Shown here: positions 39,644-52,083 of the stretch, one piece after another
Position numbering within the stretch: position 1 is the first letter of the stretch
Layout: every line of letters starts with the position of its first letter
Source of the DNA: Camelus dromedarius
Taxonomy: Eukaryota
NCBI RefSeq assembly: GCF_036321535.1
Contig: NC_087437.1
Location: 32,862,001-32,926,000, forward strand
Direction: 5' to 3'
DNA: 64,000 bases
Notes under the pieces: model-generated
Seen by the model: the letters and a program-made list of their open reading frames with translations, nothing else
Databases searched by the model: none
Told to the model about the DNA's origin: nothing
Position numbers and translations under genes: made by a program

Positions 39644-42317
39644 CCACTAACATGCCTCTTACTACCATTTTTCCTAAGAAGCCCCAGTCACCTCATCAAA
39701 TGTAAGATGACTTTTTCAGAGACCTCTGGAAGTAAGTGGGACCCCACTGGCTCTGGAGGAAATTCAAACAACTCAACCTCACTAGTAATATAATAACTGG
39801 GAAATGAGACAAAATAAAAATACCCTAAAAGGGTCTTAAAATGAAGATGGGAGAGAGGAGTTTTGTTTGTGGCCAAATTATGTTGTTGGATTTTAATATG
39901 AAATGTAACTTCTGGAAACATCTCAAAACATGAATCACATTTTAGATTTTTTAAAATAATGGAAAACCAGTATAACACCAAAAAAAGTAACATTTTAATA
40001 CTTAGAAATATTACATTACTGAAAACTGGGGTTGTAATCACTGTACAAATGCTTATACATAGATCATTTTTATAGGTTACAAAGTGCTTGTAACTGCATT
40101 TTATCAGGTGTGTATATTCACATTATTATCTTATAAAGAAAATAGGGAACACTTAGGCTGAGTGTGATGTTAAAAATTAGTAAGACAGAACAGACAGGCT
40201 TATTTGTTAGTGTGTTATTGAGTTATGTTGGTGGTAGTATTGGTGAGATGAATCCTTTTGATGTCCTTTCCATTTGTTTTGTGGGGCAGGTTTAGGGATT
40301 GCGTGCTTAACATAGTATATTAATTTTCCATTGTTAAAAATTACCTACTGAAGTGGTCTTGAGACTTCTTGTCTGAAAATAGATGTTTATCTACATTTAG
40401 ACATTTTAAGTCCATTTACGTATTAGAAAAATATTGCTGTGTTAGAGTGATTTTTTTGTTTTGCTTTCATTTACTTCTCATTAGTGTTCTAGCCTAAAAG
40501 AAGTAACTGAACAATTAAATTTTTTGTTCAGTGAATGGAATATCAGCACAACGTTTTTGTAACTGTGGAGTTATCCATCACCAACTGTTTCTTTCCTTGA
40601 CTTCAGAAATATTATAGGAATTGGGATTTAATCTTCTATCCTTTTTTCCAAAGTGGAAATAGTACAGTTTTTCTGCATATTCATTGTTGTTATAGCCTAG
40701 TCATTTAATTTCCCTGAACCTTTCTTTTTTTTAATCTATAGAATGTAGTGTTACAAAGGAGGAATGAAAAGATATTTCCCTTTCCCACTAAGTATACGCC
40801 CCCCCATCATTACTGTGAAAGTGTTCTTTCTTCTGAGTATTTGCAATATGTTTATATTTATGATATAAAAAATCTGAACTAGTCACTTATTTTGGAAATT
40901 ACTTATTCTTAAGTTTCCTGACTGATTATTTTAATGTAACTATCCAAAGACCATAGTTGCATTAATATTCACTGGACCAAAAAAAGAAAAAGTAAGTTTG
41001 TTACCTATCATAGTGAAATCACAAAAAAAAGAATGATTTCATTGCCTATGGTCATACATGAAAATAAAGCGAATATTTTAAACAGACAGTGGTGCACTAG
41101 GAAATATTCATTTGTGGGAAACAACACATGAAGTGCATATTATTTCTTTGTCTATGACAATATATAATTCTCACATATGAAATTATATTTTTTGATGTCT
41201 TTTTCATTTAAAAAATACAGTGTTTGGTTTAGTTTCACACCAACCTGGAGAAAGTATGCAGAAATAATAATAGTCCTGGCTGTAAGGTAGACTGAAAGAA
41301 TTTATTGTCATATTTATAGCATTGGAATAAGGTAAAATCATAAATTACAATGCTTTCTCTAATATGGTGTCAGAAAAGGAAAAATAATGTGGGGATTTCA
41401 TATCCCAGATAATACTGAGATTAAAATGGTGAATAACAGAGGTCTTTGAAAAAGAAAATTTTGGCCCTTTTTTTTTTTTTTAACTTTCTGAATTTCACCC
41501 CAGTTGAGTATTTCTTTTGGAGCACATAAAGTGAACTGTCAGTATTAAAATATATATATGATAAATGTCAAAAGAATAATTTGACACATATATATATGTC
41601 AAAGATGTTTAGAATTAACCAAAGTTTCCTTGTGATATTTCTGTAATTTCTAAGATTAACTGTTAAGGATAATTATAAAACTTCCTAGTCAAAGATTCCC
41701 ACCTCCCTTTGAGTCTTTTCTATGGCATTGGATTCTGGACCACTCTAACTTTCGACCTGGAAAACAGATCAAACAATTTGGGAACTTTTAAAAGGACCTG
41801 TATAATCAAGTTAATACTGTTTGCTTAGCAAGAAACAGAAACAGCCTGTAAGTCAGATAATAGCAATAACAGTCTTAAGGTAGCTTCTTTAGCTTATCAA
41901 AAATATACATATATGTTAAGCTAACTACAATGTATAAGGATGAATCATCTACACCAAGTTGATCTATAGTGTTTGCACGTAAAATTCCATAATTTGTTAC
42001 TGACAGGATGCCTTAATATCTTTATTAATCATTTAAACTACTGTGAAATGAGGGAAAAAACTGTATTTCCAATTATAGAAAATACTTACAAATATAGATA
42101 TTGCATTTATTCTAAATCCAGATGAATTGTCAAGAAAACCTTTTAGTATGTGACCAAGGTTAAGGATAAGAATTTAATTGGAGGGGAAAGGAGTATTTTA
42201 TTCCTTTGCATCTTAAAAACACATGTTTAAAAAATCTTGGTTTGATACATTGGATATTTCATGAAATTAGATGGCTGTAGGTACTCACTAGAGGTTAAGA
42301 CAGCCCAGAGATATTAA

Positions 42318-42356
42318 TACACACATGTACACACACACAGACACATACACACAAAC
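42318..42356. repeat. Imperfect (CA)n microsatellite
   Basis: tacacacatgtacacacacacagacacatacacacaaac. Confidence 0.7.
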
Positions 42357-42829
42357 AGCCACAATGATAAAAAAAAAAAGAATGCACATAAGTATAATCT
42401 ATCATTTTGGCAGGCTAAGAAACTGTTTAATGTGCTTGAAGTACTAGATAAGTATGAAGTCATCAGTGAAATAAATAACTAGATTGGAAAGAAGTTATTT
42501 ATCTAGCATAATATTCTGGTATGTTGATCTTTGTCAGACATTAGCTGACTATTGAGGAGGTTCTTTTACTTATTTGAATAGATGTAGTTCATCAAACATT
42601 AATATAATGTAAAATTTTCTTACTTGGAGTAATTTTCTCTTTGGTTTTCATTAAAATTGGAAATAAATTATTTTGTTCAAAAAGTTACTCCTGAACATGA
42701 TGAAATCATTTTAAACAATGTAATGAATGTAACATTTATAGAAAAATAATCTTTGATATATTAGCAGTAATATCATACATATATGAATTCTGTTACATTT
42801 TCAAAATGTCACTCCTTACATTATTTCAT

Positions 42830-43680
42830 GTTCTCCTGTACTGTTAGGAAATAAAGAGTGCAGATATTAAAATTCCCATTTTTAAATATGAGGAAATGAG
42901 GCATAGGAGAAATTAGAGAATTTGTCAAAGGTCTCATTGATTAAAAGTGGCAAAATACCTACAACCTAATAATAAATGTAGATACATTTTGACAATTTAC
43001 CAGGCACTATGGGAGACAAAATTAGTCTTCAATGTGATCCTTACCCTTGAAGTTTACAGCCAAGTTGGAGGAATAGATATACATGCAACTATTTTATAAG
43101 CCAGAGTCATTGTACAAAGTATGGTTGAGAACAGAGGGTTATAGAAAGAATGATAAGTTCTAACTGGGGAAATCAGGGAAGAATACATCAAAGTACTGAT
43201 AGTAGTTAAACTTGGCATTCAAGAATGATGTCTCCCCCTCATAATTCCCTAAACATTTCACTGATCCAGTACAGATTTCTCTACTGATCAGAAATATTAT
43301 ATCACTCTTTCACCATTTTTTTTCCTTAAGTTTTCACCTCTCTCAGAAAAGAAACCATGTATACATTTCCCACATCTTTTTCCTCTGATCTGTATTGTCA
43401 TTCAGATGAGTGTTTGTTTATTTTTTTTAGTAAGAAAGCAAAAAAAAAAAAAAAGAACATTCTAGGCCTACAATATAATAGAACCAAAATAATACCTAAG
43501 GCTTATTGAACAATTTTTATGTGCCAAGCACTCTGGCAGATTTTTATATATGTAAATTAATTCATTTAATCTTGACATCAACCCTATGAATGGATATTAC
43601 TATCCCCAGTTTACAGATGAAGAAACAATGGGCCAGAGAAATAAAGTAACTTTGCCAGTTGTTACACAGCTAGAAACCCA
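42830..43680 (-). mobile_element. Cluster of MIR (about 42830-42960 and 43490-43680) and L2 (about 42980-43220) fragments
   Basis: cccatttttaaatatgaggaaatgaggc; ccaggcactatgggagacaaa; ccccagtttacagatgaagaaacaatgggccagaga. Confidence 0.65.
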
Positions 43681-43778
43681 GACTTTTAATTATTGCCTAC
43701 AATGAACAGAGACTTAATGTGCTGTGTGGTTTTTAACTTAAGAATGGGAAAGGAGGCTAGTATGACTTCTTTTTAGGT

Positions 43779-45580
43779 TGGTGGTTCTCAACTCTGTAGG
43801 TCTACAGTCTCTTTTTATGACAAATATTCTGTAGCAGCCCCTTTTTTTCCTGAAATAAAATTTGTAGACAGTATAACTTACCCACACACACGATTTTAAA
43901 AATCAGAACAATTTCCTTACTAATATAAGGGAGACATGAAAGGAAACTAATTTGTAATAAAGTTTTTACAAGTTGGGTACAACTATAGTAGAAAATATAA
44001 TGAAATAGTCAGTTATAACAAATGCTTACAATAAGTTTATATTTAATAATTTTAAGAAGATCAGAAATTAAAAGCATGGGGAAATGGAAGAGCAGAGTGT
44101 TCAGGTGAACATTGATGTGAAACATTACTATATCTTTGTAATCTTTTACATAACATTTATTGCTTTGTTAGAAAAATATGTTTTAGGCAAAATAGGTACA
44201 TTTGTAACTATTCAATTGTGGACAGAGCTATAAAACCTAATTTCAGATTCTCAACTAAATGTTGAAAACTTTGTATCTGACAGTTTGAAATAAGGTTGTA
44301 AATGTACATACATATATACTTATGCATAGTCTGTATATATACACACACTCACATGTGAAGGAATGGCATAGCTATAAATGCAGATTAATACACATGTTAT
44401 ATCATGGCAATTCATGCCATATACAACAATGCCCTTGGTAAGTAATCTGAAGTGGTGAATGATGGTGTTCAGTAAAGCTTCAAACAAAGAAATATATAGT
44501 ATTATTTCAATCTACTCAGTAGTTGCATCGTACAAAATTCAGCATGAGTTAAGCCAGCTCAAAAAAATACTCTGTGTTTATGTATAATTAGATTCCGAAC
44601 TCAAATAAGTAAAAAAAAAAAACAAAAAACTTTTCAGCTACATACATTTCTAGTAGGACATTCCCAAGTCCTGTGGGACATAGGAGAAATCTTTTTAGAG
44701 CAGTGCAGGAACCTAGAATCCTTAAGCTGTGCCTACTTAATGCCATTTGCCTCTCTCAGTCACCCACACTAAAAACATCATCACTAGCCACTTCATGAAG
44801 GCAGAGGAACTGCTGCAGAACTAAAATAGAGGGAAATGCCTAGAGAGGTCTGTAGCTTTGTCTTTCACTTGGCCTCATAACTCCATTTTTAAGATGTGAA
44901 AATTGAACATAAGGAGGCTGCTGATTAGGAACAAACCTGACCACAGCATCACTGAGCAAGATGATAGGACTCCTGGCAGACTCCAGGCAGCCTGTCCACC
45001 CACCAAGAGAAGACCCTGAAGAAATAAATACTGAGATTGAAGTACACTAAAGCAGAATACACAAAGCTGCTATTTTACACTTGAAGGTGGGGGTTAGGGC
45101 ACAAAGAAGAAACTGAAAATCTGCAGCACATCCCTGCAGTGTAGTATCCCATAGATTAAGGCACTTAAGGAAGTGGCCCTAGTAAGAGGAAGAGTTGTCT
45201 GAGCCTTCCATTCCGTATCCCCAGTGATGCTTGGAAATTGCTGACTTGATCCTCCTTTGTGAAGCCCAGAAAGACTGAGGGGTCATTCCCTTCATCCTAC
45301 CATCTAATTGTCATCCCTTATGTTTGATGTTTACTTGGAGTGCTTAATACAGGAAGTTTCAGAGTCTTAATTTCAAATAACTAATTAGTGAATCAGGCAC
45401 TGATTCTAGTTTACTGATGGCTGGAGTTGACACCATACTTCAGGAGAAGACAATAGGAAAATTTAAACAAAACTTGGTGCTCATTTACTGCTTAAAAAAA
45501 AAAAAACTGAAAATAAATAAAAACATCACAAATTTCCAAAGTGCCCTAGGGATAGTAACTGTGCCCATTGAGAACCACTG
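43779..45580. mobile_element. hAT-Charlie DNA transposon (MER20/MER20B-like), split by the FMN1 retrocopy
   Basis: TIRs TGGTGGTTCTCAA (43779-43791) and TTGAGAACCACTG (45568-45580). Near-perfect 8-bp TSD: TTTTAGGT (43771-43778) and TTTTAGAT (45581-45588). The MER20-like terminal sequence resumes right after the retrocopy TSD. Confidence 0.8.
44781..45517 (+). pseudogene. FMN1: Processed pseudogene (retrocopy) of a short formin-1 transcript
   Basis: 44936-45126 reads [50 protein letters not shown] with frameshifts, versus recalled FMN1 [60 protein letters not shown]. No introns. A-rich tail at 45494-45517. TSD TAAAAACATCA at 44770-44780 and 45518-45528. Confidence 0.9.
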
Positions 45581-46189
45581 TTTTAGATCTTCCTTTGTTT
45601 CCTGATGGAAAAATATCTTAATCTGATCTGATTAAATATGCTTAGGCAAAATTTCTTCAGATAACAGATTTGAACAGTAGTCTTGCTGTTCAAAACTCAG
45701 AAAAGTGACTATGAGATGATAATTTCAGGGTCTATGCCAGAAGCGGAGAGATTTCTCTCTCTTTGAACCCTTTCCATGAGGTGACAGTTGAGAGAGTGTT
45801 GGGCAGGCCAAATTAAGGGCCTCAGGGCCAAGGGCCAGATGATTAACGGGGTCAAAAGGAAAATGCTATACCAAAGTCCTTCTATGTAAGAATAGTAAAT
45901 TCAGAGCTGTAAAAATGAGTCTAGTAAAGTAGAGCCTGGCCAGAGCCAGGTTTACCCTGCACAGCTCTAGTCCAAGCTGGTGGTCTTGGACCTGACATGA
46001 GCCTGGTCCAAAAGGGGGAAGGACAACCAAGAATGTTGGAGTGAAGGCAGCATGTGTCTGTGTTGTGGCAGTATATATATATGTAACATTTTATGTAGCA
46101 ATCAAAAAATGTCTTAAAATGACAAACCAAAACAATGTCAAATTAAAAATAAATAACCTATGTTTAATTATAGTAATAATAAGTATGTA

Positions 46190-46350
46190 TTTCTTGTCGT
46201 AGCTATTTTTTTGAGCATTTATTATTTAGTATGCATTGTACTAACCACTTTACATATAGTTTATCTTGCAATAATTTTATGAAGTAAATAGAACAATATT
46301 ATTGAGCCCAGTGTACAGGTAAGGAAACTGAGATGCAGAGAGGGTCTTTA
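46190..46350 (-). mobile_element. MIR fragment
   Basis: cccagtgtacaggtaaggaaactgagatgcagagagg. Confidence 0.7.
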
Positions 46351-48734
46351 AAAGTCAGTCATGAGTAGTATTCATCAAAGAAAGTGATTATTTCTAATTT
46401 TAATTTATTAAAATATTTTTCTGGTGTGCAAGTGACATTTATTGATGAGTCCATTTGTGTGCACTATAATTTTGATACGTACATGGCCATGCTATCTTAG
46501 AGAATAAATGCAGGCCACTGAATAATCAAGAATACTTACTTTAAATGATGCATTCTTTTTCTTTTATATACAATATTAAATATATTCCAATAATTCTCCA
46601 ACATTGGTTAATATTTTTTGTATAATAGAAGATCTGTCTCTGAAGTGCAATACAGTTGCATATCTCCTCTGTATAGCTACATGAAAGTTAAATATAAAGG
46701 ATTCTAATTATTACATAAGAGATAAAATAGTAAAGTAGTAATATTATGAGTTTCAAGTATATTCTGTGATATCAGTGCTGCATTTATTTTTTAGAACTGT
46801 TCTTTATTCTCTGTTCCTCTGTCCTTACCCCCAAGAGGGGCTATATCTTTTATAATTTTTAAAATTATTCCTGTGTACTTTATAAGCAGTTATTCCTTTT
46901 ACCTCTGTTCCACCTATCTTTTTGGGAGTTTGGCATTACAGTGAGTCATAATTGATATTCATAAATTGACATAGAAGAAACCTGTCTTATCACCTTCTGG
47001 CCTTGGGTCTTTCCTCACCTCAGAGCTTGTAGCAGGGGAGCATTCTTCACGTGGGGTTGAATGTATCATGCTGAAAATACCTGCAAATTGCCAGGAGAAG
47101 GAAAAGGTATCCCAGCGTTTCCGTACTCAGACAACTTGAACTAAAAATAAAAACATGAAGAGGTAGAATTAAGGCCTTTTCTCTTAATGTGCTTGGCTCC
47201 CTTTTGTTTGTTTTCTGCCTGAAATTAAGTATTCCCTTGCAAAGAGCTGACTCTGGAATCTCAGGGATTTTTACAGTTGACAGACCAAACTTAAAGTTGA
47301 ATCACTTGGTGACTGGGAGTGTAGTGGGTGTCAGGGAACAGAATCTACATGTGCCCAGGCCTAACCCAAAGCCAGGTAGAAGTAAGAAAAATAAGAGAGT
47401 GGTACTTTGGCTTAATACAAAGATATTTTGTGGGTAAAAATCACAGTTAAAATGAAGCTTTGTCATTTCAAAAATATATAGTTTTAGATACTTGTCACAG
47501 GTCACTGGAGGCAAGTCCATTGAATTATAAATATAAAATAAGAGTCACTTATAATCTAAAGCATACTCAGAATTAGCCTTATTAAGCCAGAATTCTGAAA
47601 GAGGTGCTTCTTTCCTATTTTGTTTATCTTGGGAGCCTTGAAGTTTCCCTAGTAAGATATCTACTAATTCTTTTAACTGAAGCAAACAATACTGTGAAAG
47701 GGTTCTTTAAGATGGCAAAAGGCTATGTGAGGAGTGACTGAGCTCACCCTCCAGAATAAAAACTAACTATGATGTACTCTGAATACCTGTATACCATATT
47801 CATATTTATACATAATGAATGTGATGCCAGTCACTGCTTCTCCTAATTAGAGTGAAAAAGCCCTTTATTGCTGTAATTAAAAGGATAATTTTGATTCAGC
47901 TGGATCTCTTTTGTGTACACTGAACAGTTACTTCTTCATTAAAGTTAACCATTGTGTTTTAACATGGGTTCCATAACACTTTTTGGGAAACACTATTAAG
48001 CTTACCAACAGAAGTAGGAATTAGAAAACACTACTTCTTACTCACTTTATAAGTAATATTATATGAGTTCTATGTCCATATAAAGATACTTAATTTTAAG
48101 CTATGATAATAGTTTAAAATGTTTAATATTTTACTCAAGCCTGGCACAGACATGTCAACTGTACATTATAAACAATTAACAGAAATGCTAGCTCTAAACT
48201 GCATTTTGAGGGGAAAGGAAGTGGTTTTTTTGTTTTTGTTTTTAAGTGTTGGTAGATCTTCTCATAAGTTTTTCAGTTTCTGTCAGTCAGGGAAACAAGT
48301 ATCTGATATTTGTTCATACTAAGGGAAAGGACATTCCTCTCAATGAATGGACCCCATTGAACTACTGGATTTGCTAACAGTGTGAGGCAAGTTCCCATCG
48401 TAGTATTTTCAGGTCTGTGTCTTAAGTAATTTGCACTCCTTTGCTATGATGGCCCTACCTAAATATTATGGTGCTACAGGACAAGTTCATGGAATATGTA
48501 TCTCCAGCAAAGAATTGACAATTCTGTTAGCTGCACACATGCAGTAATATCAGACATGATGTCAAGAACTCCCTCTGGCAAACCTACAGTGCAAGGTATG
48601 ACCACGGTAGTAAAATTGAGTTTAGGATATCTGCACGACAAATGAATATGACAGTAGGAATCTCCATTTCCTCCTGTAGTTTATATGTACATTATTGCTG
48701 CAAACTTAGTTCAAAGCTCAAAATAAAGAACAGG

Positions 48735-48940
48735 AACAATAGCTAAGATTTAATCAGTACTTTCTGTGTACCAGGCATTATACTAAGCACTTTACTTGCA
48801 TTAATGCATTTAATTTATACACTTACCGCATAGAAGAGATACTGTTATTAACCCTATCTTACATATGAGAAAACAGTGGTTTAGAAAGGTCAAACATTTA
48901 GCAAGTGATAATGGCGGGTCAGTAATACTCATGCTTTTAC
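48735..48940 (-). mobile_element. MIR SINE
   Basis: ctgtgtaccaggcattatactaagcactttac...cttacatatgagaaaacagtggtttagaaagg. Confidence 0.75.
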
Positions 48941-49399
48941 CTACAGCAGTGTAGCAGCTCTGTACTCATTATATTATTTTGTCTAGTCCCAAAATCTAAT
49001 CTTAAGATTAGAGTTCTAATATGCCTAAATTCTCTTAGAATTGATTTACTAGTTTACATAAAATAGCAAGATATCTACAACTAAATCAATTCTTTTTATT
49101 TGGCAAAATTACGCTAGAATTTGCTTGAACTTTGATTTAGAACGTTTAGACTAACCAATATAAGTAACCCAATCTAGAAAATGGTAGAATTAGGAAAGAG
49201 TCAAGTAATGGAATTTTTTATCTTGGCTTCTAGCTATTACACAGAACATTTGCTATCTGTGTGAAATAATGACATGATGAGTTTGGTTCTCAATTAATTT
49301 CATCTTCAAATTATACTGTTTTATATACAGTTTGTATATATGTATGAACATACTTACATACAGAAATGGAAAAATTATTTTACCTAAGATTCAGAGTCA

Positions 49400-49590
49400 T
49401 GTTGCCAGTGTGTTGGCAATACCTACCAAAATTTAAATGATCTAGAATTCTATTTCTAGAAAACATTCTATAGAAATATTAGTACATGTCTCAAAGATGT
49501 GAGTAGAATGATGTTTATCACAGCATTGTATGTTATAGTGAAAAATCGGAGACAACTTTAATGCCCAGTAATAATGGAAAGAGTAATTTA
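49400..49590 (+). mobile_element. L1ME-like 3' fragment
   Basis: ttggcaatacctaccaaaattt...gatgtttatcacagcattgtatgttatagtgaaaaatcgga. Confidence 0.65.
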
Positions 49591-50479
49591 TTTTCTGCTA
49601 ATTTATTAGTATGATCTAGTCACACAGTCTTTCAGCCCCTCAAATGCAGTACTTTCCCACTTCAGAGCCTTTGACCGTGGCTCTTCTCTCTCCCTTCTCC
49701 CTGTCATACTTCTATCTCTGCTCTTTCCATAGCTGACTTATATAAAGGACCTCATCTTAAATGTCACCTTCCGTGATTCAGAACTATTCTGAAGGAGATA
49801 GAAAAATTAGGTTAAGTTGATATTTAGAAATTGGTGAATTTTAGATAAGGTGAGAAGCTAAGAATGATTAGAGATTCAGCGCTGGGATGAGGCTCATGAT
49901 ACAGTGTGGTTGGGGTGGGATGGATACTGACAGTGGGTGAAGGTCAGGAATGGGGTATGTTTTTCAGAAGGCTTGGTAGCTGTGAACTGGAGAAGAGTGG
50001 AGGGTAGGGAATATTAGGCATTCAGTGAGGCTCGGTATAGAGTGGAATGAGAGAAACAGGAGTGGAGTTGGTTAGAGATGGGCAGTGTGAGGGAGAATTT
50101 ATCTCAGGGCAGCATGTGTCCATAGGATGCATTAAAGCCAAAGAACAGTGTGAGATTCTTCAGTGGGGACTGAGCTATGGATTATACGATGGTGAAAGTT
50201 CTCAGTTCCTTAGAGAAGCCTTTCCTCTACTATAGTCTGTGGTAGCTATCCCTTTCCCTATTGCTTATCAAACCTAATTACTTTATTTGTTGTGAAGGTT
50301 GGGATCATATCTAATTTGTCATAGGAGTCTGTGGTACATTGTTCATTGAAAATTTTAATTTTCAGAATAGTATCAATAGGATAAATTCTATTTTTAAAAT
50401 AAAATGCTACATATATTTGTGTGTACATATTAAATATATTTGAATTATATATTTTAATGAACTTAGAAAAGTGTCAGCA

Positions 50480-50650
50480 TGTGTACCATGTTTTAGGCAC
50501 TTCTAAAATCTTTACATAAATTGTATAATTTAATCCTTACTATAGTCTTATATTACTATTATTCCCATTTTAAAGAAGGGAAAACTGAGGCATAATGGTG
50601 TTAGGTTAATTGCCTGAGGTCACATAGCTGGTAAAGGTTAGAGCTGGGAT
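50480..50650 (-). mobile_element. MIR fragment
   Basis: attcccattttaaagaagggaaaactgaggc...tgcctgaggtcacatagctggtaaaggttagagctgggat. Confidence 0.8.
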
Positions 50651-50651
50651 G

Positions 50652-50842
50652 AGCAACACGTGGCTATTTACATTTAAATTTAAATTAACTAAAAGCATAT
50701 GAAATTAAACATTTGGTTCCTCATTCACACTGTCCACATTTCAAGTGCTTGATAACCATATGTGGCTAGAAGGTATCTTATTTGGGCAGCACAAATACAG
50801 TACATTTTCATCAGCACAGAAAATTATAGTAAACATCTGTCT
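50652..50842 (-). mobile_element. MER3-like hAT-Charlie MITE
   Basis: gtggctatttacatttaaattt...ccacatttcaagtgcttgataaccatatgtggctag...acattttcatcagcacagaaa. Confidence 0.85.
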
Positions 50843-51796
50843 CTAGAGTCACTGTGTAACATTGCTTCCTCTCAAGCCAAGTTGTGGACCAGCTACCCAT
50901 ACTGTGTAATGGATGTAAGGGTGGAAACTTTCAGTTTTTACTTTATATAATTGTATATTATTTGATTATTTTCCACCATTAAACACGTACTATTTTAGGA
51001 ATTTAAAAAAATTAGTCTTTCTTCAGAAATAGAATAATAAGGAGCAGAGAAAATACTGATAAGGGATATCTACCATTAATTTACTAATCTTAATCTATTG
51101 GTGGAAGTTCAAAGAGATAGTTCACGTAGACTTGCTAGCAAATACTAGAATTTACCTTTCATAAAGGTGCACTATAGAGTCATATAATTAACAAAGATAT
51201 CTCGTGATTCCTCACTGATAGTATTTTCAGAGAAAGGCAGTATTATCAGATAAAGAACGCTTTGTCTGTTTCTACCAGCATTTTCTCAGTCCCATTGGTA
51301 GTGAAATCTGTTTTTCCAGGGTGGCATAGTAAGTCAGCTCCCATCACCATTTCTGTCTGCCTTTGTTTTTTTCATTCATTTATTTACTTATGGCTTGGTA
51401 TAGGAAAGAGAAATGTCTGGGTGAAAATTAGACCACATAAGAACTAAGAGAAAGTGGCTAAGTATTTGCATGTCCTGAGTATTCTCTTTGACTTCCTAAA
51501 CTTAAGAATTGATAATTTGTATAGCTACTTTAAGATCAGTATCAGTACCTGCTTTTCCTCTTAGCAACTAAGGCATTTTATAAACTTAGCTAAGTGTATA
51601 GATTCCAGAAGCATTTCTGAATCACTTTAGATTTTCCTTCAAGTAAAGTAATATATTTTATGTTTAATATGTTTTATGGAAGATGTTTCTGTTTAATAAT
51701 AATATATAATAAAAAGAGGTTTGAAGATCCACTGAAAACTATGTGATAAGGTCTTTGGCCAGTCCACAGAAACAAATCATCCTGAATTTCAGCTCA

Positions 51797-52083
51797 AATC
51801 TAAAAAAAAAAGGACTCAAATGAACTTACCTGCAAAACAGAAACAGACTCACAGACGTAGAGAATAAATTTATGGTTACCAGCGGGTAAAGGGTGTGGGA
51901 AGGGATAAATCAGGAGTTCGAAATTTGCACCTCTTGAGGAGTGATGGAAATGTTAGCTATCTTGATTGTGGTGGTGGTTTCATGGGTGCATACATCTATC
52001 AAAATTCATCAAGTTGTACATCTGAAATATGTGTAGTTTACTGTACAGGAACTATACCACAATAAAGGTGTTTTTTAAAAAAT
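51797..52083 (+). mobile_element. L1 3' end with a composite 3' UTR
   Basis: The first half matches the 8701-9175 family (aaatgaacttac...cagactcacagac...gggataaatcaggagttcgaaatttgca). The second half is L1MC/L1ME-like (gtgatggaaatgttagctatcttgattgtggtggtggtttc...AATAAAg). Confidence 0.85.

Noticed and set aside
41580..41603. Palindrome TTTGACACATATATATATGTCAAA
   Set aside because: Short arms around a (TA)n run, expected by chance.
44894..45144. FMN1 retrocopy as a functional retrogene
   Set aside because: Stop at codon 2 and several frameshifting indels.
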